DNA of 45,019 bases, counting the filler, from Jimgerdemannia flammicorona (taxonomy: Eukaryota): assembly GCA_003990765.1 (NCBI GenBank). It is 2 parts of 2 records of this genome, joined end to end, with 100 filler letters (N's around TTAATTAATTAA, not from the genome) between each part and the next. Parts side by side here need not be neighbours in the genome. Positions count along the whole stretch, not along the records: positions 1 to 22,460 come from RBNJ01001276.1; 1 more part is not named here. One strand, given 5' to 3'. The notes below the pieces were generated by a model. That model saw nothing but the letters and a program-made list of their open reading frames with translations, was not told where the DNA came from and searched no databases. Made by a program: the position numbers and the translations under genes. Shown piece by piece: positions 1 through 12,050 of the stretch (position 1 is its first letter; each line of letters begins with the position of its first letter).

Positions 1-10
1 AAAAAAAAAA

Positions 11-2140
11 GACATCCTGCAGTAGAAAGAGATCTACCTCCAGCCCCTTTAGCCATCCAAATATATACTTCCTCCTAGCTGCCCCCCATAACCCATTCAT
101 ATTCAAAGAGAATATTCTAGTTGTACTATTCATAATGAATAATGTTTGAATTTGAGACCCCAGCCTAGTATTCCATGCTCATCTCATCCCCAGCCAGATC
201 CAAGTACTGCTCTGCTTCCAAGTCTACCTCCATGACAGCCTGAGCATCTAATGCCTCTAAGATTTCTTGACATTCCACCCCATCCACCATCTCCATCTCT
301 GACTGATAGTCTGTGCAGACCACCCTCCACTTCTCCAATCCCTTCCTTGAGTTCTACAAGTAAGCTGTCTGATCATTTGCGATCTCTCTAAGTTCCTCCT
401 CCTTCTGATCATCGACCTGGTATTTAACTGATTCTAAGAGGACTGCCAGGATCTCATTTCTCACCTTTTGCAGCACCTCCTCAGTATAAAAATTTCCTCC
501 CAATGCCTCTCTTCCATAACCTGGAAGTCCTCACCCCCCAGCTCCTCCACTGCCACCCCTTCCAGAGTCTTCCACAGCTACTTCTCCTCATCCACTGCCT
601 CTGCCATACTCTGGGCAACCCAATCACCCCCCACCTCTGGGTCCACCAAAGTGCTCCTCCTTACCGACTCATCCCACTTCTTATCTGGTACATCCAGCAA
701 CTCCTCCTCACCCCCTGCCCCACTCAGGACACTATACTGAGGGTGAACCCCTTTGCTTATTTCCACATCTGCCTCTACACCGCCCTCTCTCTCCTCCCTC
801 AGTCCATCCTGTATTCCCTCCCCCAGGCACTCATATGCAATCCTGCACTCCCATCTCCTTTACTGCTGCCAGCTCCACTGCCACCCAACTTCACCAGCAG
901 CTCTTTCTGGATTCTCCTCCCCTGCATCTTCTCTCAGGTCCTCTGGTCTATCCTGATCCTCTTTCCATCAACTACTTCCACCACCATCTTGGCTTCATAC
1001 TCCTTCCAAGCCAATCTCCTCCTCTCGATCCCATCTACCAGATCCTCCAAAGCCTCAAGCAAATCCTCCTCCTCTTCCTGAGTCCCCTTTACCCGCATGA
1101 CCTTGTACTCCACTTGTCCCCACTTCAGGGTCGCTGGCCAATCTCTCATCTTCCCTGTGTTCTCCTTTCCAGCCAGTCTCACCTGAATGTCAATGTCACC
1201 AGTCCGGAACTCCATACCCTCCCAGACCTTGAACCCGATGTCCACAATCTCACTATACTCCTTGACTGCCCCTATAATCAGCTCCCTGGCCCTCTCCCTC
1301 AACACTGTAGGAAGATCCAGTACCATCAACTGCACCACTTGGGGGTCTCAGTGCATGCACCTGGCCATTGGGACCACAACCCTGCCCACTGTTACCCCCT
1401 TCTTTATGGCAGCCAGCAATGCTTCCTCTTCCTCAAACCCCACCTCGACCCCTTCTTTCCTCTTCAAAAACTTCACTGACACTGCTCCTTTCGCCTCCTG
1501 CACTACCAGCCACAAGATTATCCTCACAGTAACTGCAATGCCCCTGAAGCACATTGTGATGGCGAATTCTGACCTTGATTTCTTGAGTAATGGTACTGAC
1601 ACCATGCCCATCACCCCATCTGCCAGGTCCCTGGGCCTTGTGCCTGCCCTCTGTCCTGAACCATTAACCACCATCACATCTGGATTTTTTTCCAGATCCC
1701 TAGTCACAGCTCCATCAGCAGTCACATCTCCAGCCCCTACTCCCCCCCCTCCCCTACCACTGGACACTCCCCTGGGCACTCCTTCCTGTCCCCTAGCAGC
1801 AGTCATTGACACCTTCCCTAGGCCCAGCCAACCATCTAGACCAGAGGCCATTCTCCCCATCTTAACCTTGTCAGCAAAGGTTGACCTCTCCCCTCCTTGC
1901 TGCCTCAGGCCACCCCTCCCTCCACCACCAGTGTCTCGGCCAGCCATCGAGGTCCCCGGCATCCCCAAACCATCTTCCCTCATCCCCACCTGCTGCCAGC
2001 CAAAGGCCCCACTGCCCCTCTGGCCAGTACACTCACCAGTGTAATCGTTGCCATCCATGTCAATAGTTGTCAATTACCAAAAATGTTGTAAAAAGTGTTG
2101 TCTGAGTCTTGTGTCATCTGAATGGTACTGGTGAAAGATG
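11..2140 (-). mobile_element. L1-like non-LTR retrotransposon, copy A (5' UTR, degenerate ORF1, start of ORF2); truncated at the window start
   Basis: The reverse complement aligns end to end with the first 2.2 kb of the LINE at 14589-16750 (5' end CATCTTTCACCAGTACCATTCAGATGACAC vs CACCTTTCACTGGTAACATTTAGGTGACAG). ORF2 starts at 133: MNSTTRIFSLNMNGLWGAARRKYIFGWLKGLEVDLFLLQDV, an APE endonuclease N-terminus. Confidence 0.92.
165..2058 (-). pseudogene. LINE ORF1 (copy A), with stops and frameshifts
   Basis: ATG at 2058 and TAG at 165-167. ORF-track fragments 1348-2073, 934-1338 and 578-766 match the ORF1 fragments of copy B (e.g. DWPATLKWGQVEYKV vs DWPVTLKWGQVECKV). Confidence 0.85.
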
Positions 2141-5100
2141 ATAATCACTGAGCATTATGTAAGATTGTATTCATATTGTTAAATTCTCAAATAAAGATTA
2201 TAATATATACTATGATAATATATAAGATATAGGAAGCTTTATGTAATCATCACATATAAGTATCTATGTTGAATCTGTTCTACTTGAAATCTCAGCTATT
2301 CAATCTTTGAATAATGCCTAAGAAGAGTATCTATGAATATGCTAGTCATATCAATAATCTGATGAATCAAGTGAATTCCATTAGTATATCTGCAGATTAC
2401 ATTTAGAATGAAGACAAGATTATGCTACTCACAAGAGAACTTCCAGATGTATATAATATCATAGTGGCAGTCATATATAAGGAAATATATCAAGAAAATA
2501 GTGTCAATGATAATAAAGAAGCCTTCAATAGGTCCTATAGATGTGGTGCTAAATAAGGTCAAAAGTATAGGCAATACAGCCAAAGTGAACAAATCCAAAC
2601 TTAAGCTCAATAATGTGATAATCAGTCTAGCTAATCAACTAAGTATGATGGTTACTGTGAATACTGTGGCAAGTATAGACACAGGAAGTGGTATTACTAT
2701 AGTTGGGAAAATGATAAGAAGAGCAGTGAAAATAAGCATAGAAAAAGCCAGTATTGGCAATGTGAGAATGGTGGAAAGAACTATTGAGGGAAGCTTAGCA
2801 ATATAAATACTATTGAAACTGATGAAAGTAGTAATATATTTTTTATGCAAGCTGCCAGTTCTACCACCAGTACCAGTTCTGCTAGTACAAGATTAATATC
2901 TATGAAATCTGGTCAGCAGGATGACAATTTTGGACTAAAAAGTCCATCTAAATTTACTGCCAATTCCACAAGCACCCATTCTGCCATTACAAGATCTACT
3001 GTCAAAACCACCAACTTATCATCTATGAATCCCAGTCAGCAAAACACTTTTGGGCTGAAGAAAAGTAGTAATATCAATTTTGCCAACAACTATATATTCT
3101 CAACATATATATCTGATAAATATACTATCAACATAGCTGATGTTAAAGATGTCTGGCTCTTGGATTCTGGAGCTATACAATATATGATGCCATACAGAGA
3201 ATAGTTCTCTATATATGAGCCTTTCAAGTTCTCTGTATCTATTAAACCAGGAGGAAATAATATCATCTATACTCAAGAAAAGAAAAATGTAGAGATACAT
3301 CTCTATAGTAATATCATTGAGTCTACTGCTACTTTTGTAGATGTATTTATACTCTAGATATAGAAAAGAACCTCTTCTCAATTGGTAAATGATGACTTGC
3401 AGCAATAAGAAGATCTATATACATTTAAATAGTACTACAGTATATGATTTACATGACAATGAGCTGATGATAGTCTTGAAATTTGGATGCCAAATTGCAT
3501 AAAACCCTCTGCTTATATGACAACTATATCCAATATATAGCATCAAAGCTTTAGAAATATTGATAAGATAAGCCTCAAATATATGAGAAAAAGCAGCTCA
3601 GTAAGTGGATTGCTGGCATATATACATCCAGAGAATAGCTTTTACAAGATATGTGTGGAAAATAAAGCTTTCTAGTTATCATTCAAAGAATGATTGAAGT
3701 GCATCTTGGAGATCCTTGATCTCATCTATACTGATATATACAGTCTAATGCATACTCTATTATATTCCAGTAAGAGATATTTTCTGATATTTGGCAATAA
3801 TCATACATGTAAGATATATATATATTTCCTATCAGTAAAGAGCAAAGCCTTGGAGAAATTCAAAGAATTCAAATCAATTGCCAAGAATAAAACAGGATGT
3901 AGAATATATACTATATGCTTAGATAATATATACAAATACATTAATAATGCATTCAGGCAATTCTTGATGAAACACAGTATAAGCCATCAGATGATGGTTT
4001 CTTATTCATCTCAGCAAAACAGTGTGGTCAAGTGATTTAACTATATGGCTATAGAAATAATATATATGATAATTAATATAGCTAGACTAGGATATTCCTA
4101 TTGGACTGAAGCTATCAACATGGTGGTATACATCTGCAACAGATGTGTATCTCGATCATTAAGCAAGGATTCAGACAACAATAAGTATTCCAGAGATGAT
4201 GATCTTATCTCTAAAGAATTATAAAGTAGATCTAAGCTGAATATATCATATCTACAGATCTTTGATTGTAATACAAATATTCTCAACAAAAGCAATATCA
4301 ATCAGTATAAATTTGAGCCAAAGGCAGTCAAGTATATATATCTAGGATATAGTGGGAAATTGTATAGACTCTGAAATTCCATACAAGATGTATGGTGATT
4401 TCATATAACATATAATTCAATGAAAAAGGCTAGAGATATATATGGAAATACTTAAGAAGACCTCTATATCTATATTCTCACAAGCAAAAAAACCAGTACT
4501 ACCAACATCTCTGATAATTCCAGTGGTTAATTAAAACTATTTTCAACTGCTATACATACCTGAGCTAGAGTTGTCTGAGCTAAGGATTACTGAGATCAAA
4601 GATAATGACAGTGAATCCTCCAATAATGAGAGATCCTCTATTAAGGGTAAGGGCAAGCAAAACCCAAAGTGTAAGCTCAGAAATGAGACATATTCAGAAT
4701 TAGGAAGTTATTGGAGTATGCCAGTGAGTTCTAGATAGCAGCAACATCAAGACCATATGAGCTATACCAAAGTATATGAATGCACATGTATTGTGACATC
4801 TTCTGGCAAGCCAAGAATATACAACAAGGCTATGCAATGTCTAGATAAAAGGAAATAGCAATAAGTGATAAATGAGGGATATGATTCACTCATTGAAAAT
4901 GATATATAAGATCTAGTACCTCTTCTACCAAACCATCAAGCAATTGGATCCAAGTGGGAGTATAGGATAAAACATAATACTGATGACAATGTAGAGTGGT
5001 ATAAAACTCATTTCATTATCAAGAGTTATTTGTAATATTATGGCATAGACTACGATAAGACATTTTTATCTATATTCAAGCTCACTTCACTTAGAATACT

Positions 5101-6385
5101 CCTTGCAATCAGCATACTATATAATCTCGAAATTCATCAAATAGATATAAAGATAGCATTTCTAAATAGTGATATAGATACTAAATTATATGTCCATCAA
5201 CTGTAAGAATACAAAAATGGTAAGCTCTTATGTAGATTGTAGAAGAGACTATATGATATTAAGCAAGTAGTATGGCAATAGAATAAAAGAATTGATAAGT
5301 ATCTCTTTAGCAATAGATTCATATATTGTGAAGCAGATAATTATATATATATCTATATTATAATAATGGCATAGTATTCATTGGTGTATAGGTTGATAAT
5401 ATAATTATTATTGCTAGCAAGAATAGGCTTAATGGAGTCAAAGAAGCCTTATGCTGTGAATTCAAGATGACCAATATGGGCAATATGTTCTTCCTTTTGG
5501 AGATATCTATCATACATGATAGAAATATATATACCATACATCTCTTATAAGAAACTGACACCAAAGCCATCTTTAAACATTTTAATATAAGTGAATGCAA
5601 ATCTATCAGCACTCTTATAGATACTTCTATGGAGTTAAAGAAACCAAATACTATATCCAAGAATGATAACAATATGCTCAATATCTCCTATCAATAAGTA
5701 GTCAGTTCCCTCATATCTATAATACTTAGAATGAGACCTGATATATCCTATACTATTAATAAAGTAGTGCCGTATTGCTCATATTATGACAACTTACACT
5801 CATTGGCAATCAAGAGGAATTTCAGATACTGAAAGAGATCAGCATACTATATGCTCATATTGAGTTATGATGGATTTAGTAGGAGCAATAACAAGAGCAA
5901 TAGTATCCAGCTATCTGGTGCATATGATGCAGATTGGGCCAGAGACTTGGATGACTGCTGGTCTATGACCAGATGTCTCTTCCATATTAGTGAAGACAAA
6001 GGGACCATCATTATATAGTAAATATATAACCAATCTCCTGTTGCAATCTCATCCATGTAAGTCAAATATCAGGTATTATTATTAGCAACAAAGGAAGCCA
6101 TTTGGCTCCATGAACTATTAAAGGAGCTTGGCTTTATTTAAGAGAACCTATGTTGATTAGGCAAGACTACCAATTTACAATAGTGCTTACTAAGAATCTG
6201 GTACATCATAGCAGAATGAAACATATCAATATATAGTATTATTTTGTATAGAAATATATTGAAAATAGTGCTATATACTTGAAATATATCTTCATAGAGT
6301 ATATAATTGCCAATTTACTTATAAAAGTCCTTCAAAAGCCAAAAGTTCTAACAATATGTTAAAGGAATAGATCTTTTTAGTAATT
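2141..6385 (+). mobile_element. Ty1/Copia LTR retrotransposon internal region (gag-PR-INT-RT-RH), heavily degenerate
   Basis: Domains in Copia order: gag-like I*EALC...LKSQLFNL...EDKIMLLTRELP (~2230-2460); zinc knuckle CEYCGKYRHRKWYY (~2656-2697); protease WLLDSGA (~3154); integrase LDLIYTDI...KSKALEKFKEFK...SQQNSV (3694-4035); RT IGSKWEYRIK and IHQIDIKIAFLNSD (~4940-5175); RNase H YDADWA and SRMKHINI (~5920-6230). No LTRs identified. Confidence 0.93.
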
Positions 6386-6513
6386 GACTATAATACATTT
6401 TTCAGACTATTAAAGGCCTCCCACACTACATATATATTAGTTATATTCCTCACCTATGAGAGAATTATATACATTATATTCTTCATATTCTTCACCTATA
6501 GGTGGACATTTCA

Positions 6514-7762
6514 AGTATATTTCAGAATACTTTTTGACCTGCAAAAATTTCTTTACATTGCTTTTTATTCTAGTTTGTATTTTTTTTTTTAGGTATATGT
6601 TATATTTTTTTTTTATTATATATCTTATTAAGCAGGAGTATTGGGATGGCAACTTGATATATTGGTATAAGATCTTATGCCATACTATCAGATTTATATC
6701 ATTCATTAGTAAAGTATGAAATTATGACCTATATAACTTCAATAAAATGTCTCTCTCTTTTTTTTTTTCCTTTTATAGTTACTTGGACCCTTTCCTTTAT
6801 TAATACCCCCATCTATCCAATATAAATACATTGAGTCTGCTCCTATCTGATCCCCCTAGGGGGCCCTCTTTCCCCCACTCCTTCATGATGAAAGACCACT
6901 AGGTCATTAACCATTGCATCCTGCCCACCACTCTGTTTACAGATTTCCTCCACCAGATAGTGATATCACCCACCCTGGAGACCTCAACCCACCCACTACC
7001 CTGTCAATAAATCTCCCAATAATAATAAAATGTCTCTCTCTTTACAAAAAAATTATTGTAGAATATAAGAGCTCTGCAAATGTGAATGCAACAAAAAGAT
7101 AAGCAACTACTGAAAGAGTAATAACTAGTGATACCAAAAGGGTAATAACTAACTAGAAAGCCTTTTATGACTCCTACTAACAAGGTCTAAAGCTGATACA
7201 TTCTAAAGAAATGATAATAATAATGATAACTATATCAACTAGAAATGACATCTATATCTAATCATAATACCTGTTAATAATAACAATAGTATTGGATCAA
7301 GTTGAAGTATATAGTTATCCAACTTCTATGATAGTGACTGGTGATCTCAATGAATAGTTGCCTAGAATATATCTCTTATAAGTAGATAATTATGAGACAT
7401 TGTTGGCTCTCAAATACCTTTATACTATATATACATTTTACATATAATTACATATATTGCATTTCTGTAAATATTATTGTTTATATCATGAGTATTATAG
7501 AATACTTTTCAATCTGTGAAAATTCCTAGATTTTTGTAATTCTGAGTTATTGGTAGTTCTAGATTTTGAATATATTATACATTACTTTTTATTCAAGGTT
7601 TCATACTTTTTTTTTTTTTTTGGATATAGTTGATATTCTGTTTTTTGTTTTGGCATATATATCAACTTGAGCAGGAGTATTGGGATTACAAGTCAATATG
7701 TATTCACATAACTTTATACTAATTCATTTTACATCATTTTTATATCATTATTCAAAAGTATC
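6514..7762. repeat. Pair of diverged ~200-270 bp direct repeats (6514-6720 and 7491-7762), origin unknown
   Basis: Both copies carry the same blocks in the same order: AGAATACTTTT, TACATT(G/A)CTTTTTATTC, a poly-T run, AGCAGGAGTATTGGGAT and TATATCATT. Confidence 0.6.
6758..7023 (-). mobile_element. 5'-truncated LINE (3' end plus poly-A tail) with a 17-20 bp TSD
   Basis: TSD AATAAAATGTCTCTCTC(TTT) at 6741-6757 and 7024-7040; poly-T at 6758-6768. The minus-strand end AATAAAGGAAAGGGTCCAAGTAACTATAAAA resembles the 3' end of LINE B (AATAAAGGGAAGTCTGAGTGACTATAAAA). Confidence 0.88.
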
Positions 7763-8523
7763 TAAAAGCATACAATTTGTATTATGAATAAATTGATTCT
7801 TCTGTTCATCACAATACTTTATAAGATATCTTAATATTATAGCCTAGATATTTATAACTAAAGAATACTTGGCTCAAGTATAATCTATACTTGATAAAGA
7901 TATAGTATAGTATATCTTGTATATTTCAATACTATTCTTCTTACTAAAGCCTACAAAAAAGATAAAAGCTATAATCTTAGCAGTCAGAGATATAGTAATA
8001 AGTCTTTAAAGAATAAGACTCATCAGTACTAAACTTATTAAACATTCTCTAAATCCAGTTAATCTCAAGATCAGGACTTATAAAATAAGAAGTAATAATT
8101 GATGAAAAACTGTAGACTAGCAGAATTAAAGTTATCTTAAAAAACAGTTACTTTGAATAAATCTAAATTTATATAAAAAACAAAATCACTCAAAAGTTTA
8201 AAATATTTCAATTATAAGAAGTTACTGAGCTTACTTAAGATATAAGATAAGTAAAATAATTTGAAAGTTCAGATAAAGAGAAGTACTTTTGCTTCATATT
8301 ACATAACTACTTTATGATAAATCTCTCTCAGTTAGTTCTGAAATATCATTCTGAAGCCAAAAGAGTAGACTGTCTTTAAAATCTTTATACTACTATATAT
8401 CAGAAATGTTTTCTTTAAACTGAATAAAGAAATTCAAAATTTTAATATAGAAGAGTATATATTCTCTATTAAAAAAAATCCAGTATACTTTGGAAAAATC
8501 AATATATTTAAAATAATATCTAT

Positions 8524-9591
8524 TGTTATAAGCAAATAGTATAATATAGCTAGATGATGTGAACTTCCAGCATAGCATAACATAACATAGTAACCAGACA
8601 CAGCAACCATTGCTGTGGAAAACTATATAAATAGCCAGACTACCAGGTAAGGTATATCTGTACAAGACCTATACACCTGTGCAAGACCTGCACACTCATG
8701 TAAGACTTGCACACCTGCCATAGATAGCAATCTATAATTAGCAACATAGTAACCAGATAGCAATCACAACTGTATAAAATACCCCAGAGACAATAGTGAA
8801 TAAACCTTAGTCTGAAATTGCATCCAAAAAGCAAAAGACAAGTCTGCCAATTACACTTCGAGATACATCTGCCAAAAGCTACTTGATTCAGAAAGGATTG
8901 CAACTAGGAGATTGTGAGCATTGGTTCCCTTTTTCCACTCTGGTCCACTTTTGGATACAAAGCCTTGGTTTGCTTGCCAGATAAGCCTGAAGATTTGCCG
9001 CCTAAGTTTGAGTGAAGAACTTTACTGCCTTTTGAAGAGAAACCTGCCGTTTTCAAGTTATCTGCATTCCCAGAGAACCTTGCCAATTCTGGAAGAATCT
9101 GCGACATCCAAGTTGTTTGTTCCCAGTGAGCCCAGTATAGAAGAATCCACTGCCAGTATAATTCCCAGTAAGCCGCTGTTTCAGTGAATCTGCACCAAAT
9201 TGAGTTATCCGCCAAATCCGCATAAAGAAGTCCACCAAGATCGCCAAACCAGAAATCGCATACTTTTGGAGATCATTGCACTACACAAGATCGTCACACC
9301 AGAAATCGCATACTTTTGAAGATCATCATGCTACACAGAGATCACCGCGCTACACAGAGATCATTATACAGAAATCAGATAATCGTCCTGCATAAGGAAC
9401 CCAGTTGCACTATACAAGATCATCATGCAGAAATCACATACTTTTGGAGATTGCTGCCACCCAAGAAGGAAAGACATACAAATTGCTGCTATGTACACCC
9501 AAGAACCCATCCCAATAAGGAAATTGCTCACAGACATCCAGCTTTGACTATTATACCACTAAACACCAACAACATTTTGTTGCTTTTAACA
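8524..9591 (+). repeat. Putative 5' LTR (~1.07 kb) of the Gypsy element
   Basis: Begins TGTTA (8524) and ends TAACA (9587-9591), followed by a PBS-like motif. Contains TATA-like CTATATAAATA (~8623) and internal short repeats (CAAGACCTGCACAC-type ~8661-8720; AGAAATC(G/A)CATACTTTTG at 9251, 9301 and ~9429). No second LTR is available to confirm it. Confidence 0.55.
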
Positions 9592-9598
9592 AAGTAAC

Positions 9599-9607
9599 TG
9601 GGGGCTT
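9599..9607 (+). promoter_or_regulatory. Putative primer-binding site (tRNA-Pro-like)
   Basis: TGGGGGCTT lies 7 nt after the putative LTR end; its first 8 nt match the classic tRNA-Pro PBS TGGGGGCTCG. Confidence 0.45.
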
Positions 9608-10198
9608 AAGCCAAACTACACCAACCCCCAACATTGTAATTTGCCTCCATTGAGCCAAGCATATTACATTTGGGGTCTCAGCTTCACAAGAACCCACAGT
9701 CAAACTGGATACATTTGACCCAACACCAACCTCTGCCACTACAGGAGAACCAGTTATCACCAATATTTGGACAGGAAGAGAAGTAATCACCTCAAGACTT
9801 ACCAACTATGCAGCATCAGAAGGATCTCAACCAAAGCCAGTACAGCCTGAAATCCTCAACCAGATCAATCAGACAACATAGGAGGCCCTGTTGGAGACTT
9901 CAAATAACTTGCCCAAGAACTAGAAGATCTTATTGCACAGGCCTGAAATCCAGTAGCCAGATTTCCGAGAGGAATCCCACCAGTCTCATCTATTGAATCT
10001 CTACCACCAGCCTTTGCAGAATTGAAAGCAGCTTCTTCAAGAATACCTAGGTTTATTCTACCTTATTCAAGAACCAGAACACCATCCTCAAGATACCCTA
10101 GCACCCCCATCTCCAGCAATAGTTCAGAAAGTGAATCTGAATCAGAATCCAAATCAGAATCTGGACCAGAACTAGAATCAGAAGAAAGTGATGATGAA

Positions 10199-11000
10199 AT
10201 GGCCAACTCATTGCCAACCTTTGCAGGAAATCTAGAGGAAGACCCCAGAGAATTCCTTGATGGAATTGAAGGAATCACAGCCCTGAGGAATCTCTCAGTG
10301 AAAGAAAAATCAACATCTATAAGGCCCAGCTCAGAGAACCAGTTAGAGGAATTTTCCACAGAACAGCAAATAGTACAAACTCACAACTGGCAATAAAAAT
10401 ATGAGCAGCAACAGCCTATAAGCTAGAATATGTAGCCATGGTTCACTGGCTTATTGAAAAATATGCAGGAAATGATACCCACCACAAGGCTTAAGAATCC
10501 ATTATAGGGATGAAGATGAATCTTAGAGAATTACCCAGAGCATTCTTCACAAGAATCCAGAAGAGAATGCATTCAGCTGGGTTCAATACTACCAACCAAG
10601 AAATCATAGGCCCAATGATCTTCATGAAGGAATTTTCCCAAACATTGCTCAGTATATCTGTATGTTAGATATCAGAAGGTCTGAAGAACAAGTAGATGCA
10701 GCCCAAGGATTCTTTGATATCAGACAAAGAACTATCTGGAGTGATCATAATAAGAAGAATAATAAAGAAGACATCCTGATCAAAGCCCTATGAGGACTCC
10801 TTCAAGGACAAGAGAGATCTGAAGAAAGAAGGCCAGCAAAAGAAGGAAAGAAGAATACGAACCAAATTCAAGACCTCAGCTCCAAGTTGGACTGATTGGT
10901 TGAACAGATTGAAAACTCACCATATGTGAAAATCAGAGCTATCAAGACAATAGAGGATATCCACCACAGAGGAACCAAGGTTATCCACCAAGAGATAACA
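10199..11000 (+). pseudogene. gag: Gypsy gag (degenerate; end approximate)
   Basis: MANSLPTFAGNLEEDPREFLDGIE matches the Ty3-type gag N-terminal PxFxG..EDP.EFL motif; downstream stops and frameshifts. Confidence 0.7.
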
Positions 11001-11701
11001 GGAGCTACCAGCAAGAAGAAAGAAGGTATCCTGTTCAAGATAGAGCCCAAGTCCAATGCTTCTACTGTGGACAATTCAGACACTATGCCACTGAATGTGA
11101 CAACAAAAGAAGTGACCAGAGGGACTCAGAACCATCAAATAGAAGAAATGAAACCCAGTATAAGAAGACTGAAGCCTATCCTGTGGAAGATTTGAAGAGG
11201 AAAGCAACAGTGAAGACTACAGTGATTTGGACTTATATTCAGCCAAAGTCAGCACCCAAAAAACAGTCTACCCAGCAGAGAAAAGGAAGAGACCTGTTGG
11301 AAGACCATCCAGGAATATCAGCAGAAGAATTATCAAAGAAGAAGACAAAGAATATGAAGAACAGCAAGTAGAAACACCTCCCCAGACCCTATCACATTTT
11401 GTTCCTAAGACAAATAAGTTGCCACCAGAGGATAAGGAAATAGAGCAAGAAGAATGAGAACCTGCTGTAGAAGAAGTATACCCCAAAGACCATACCCAGA
11501 GACATCTACAATGAAGCTTAGCAAAAGATTCAAGAAGTCAAGATAGAAGTCCCTCTCCTGCAGTTCCTGCAACTGATACCAGCTGGAGTCTGAAACAAAC
11601 TACTGAGGACCACTAGGTCTAGCACTGGCTGAGTCCCAATCCCACAGTAAGAACCAGCTCTCACCCCTCTTCAGGCTGCAGAAAGACATGTCAGCACCTA
11701 T

Positions 11702-12050
11702 GTAAATGGAGATATTGGAGGACAAAAGGCAAAAGTCCTCATAGACACAGGAGCAGCTGTCTGTGTTATTGCCAAACTATTCCTAGATACCCTCCAATGG
11801 CCCATTGATGGACCATTGAATCTCAGCATTATAGTAGCAGATAGAGCTCGAACTCAACCCCTTGGAGAAGTATGAAACATCACTATCTCTCTTGGACATA
11901 TTTAGTTCTCTATCCCAAAAGCTGTTGTGACTGAAGCTGTTACCTATGACATGATCCTTAGCACTAACTGGATGAAGGAAATGAATGCAGTTGTTGATAT
12001 TGGTCAACAAGTACTCAAGTTTGACTACTAAGGCAAGAAGTACTGAGTTA
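11702..12050 (+). pseudogene. Gypsy aspartic protease domain
   Basis: VNGDIGGQKAKVLIDTGAAVCVI (DTGA at 11744-11755) and TYDMILSTNWMKEMNAVVD; internal stops. Confidence 0.9.

Noticed and set aside
468..2091. Pro/Ser/Leu-rich + strand ORFs of up to 285 aa
   Set aside because: Antisense shadows of the G-rich LINE ORF1.
7050..8520. AT-rich, CpG-free stretch that may be an older TE
   Set aside because: No protein motif or terminal structure could be recognised, so it is left unannotated.
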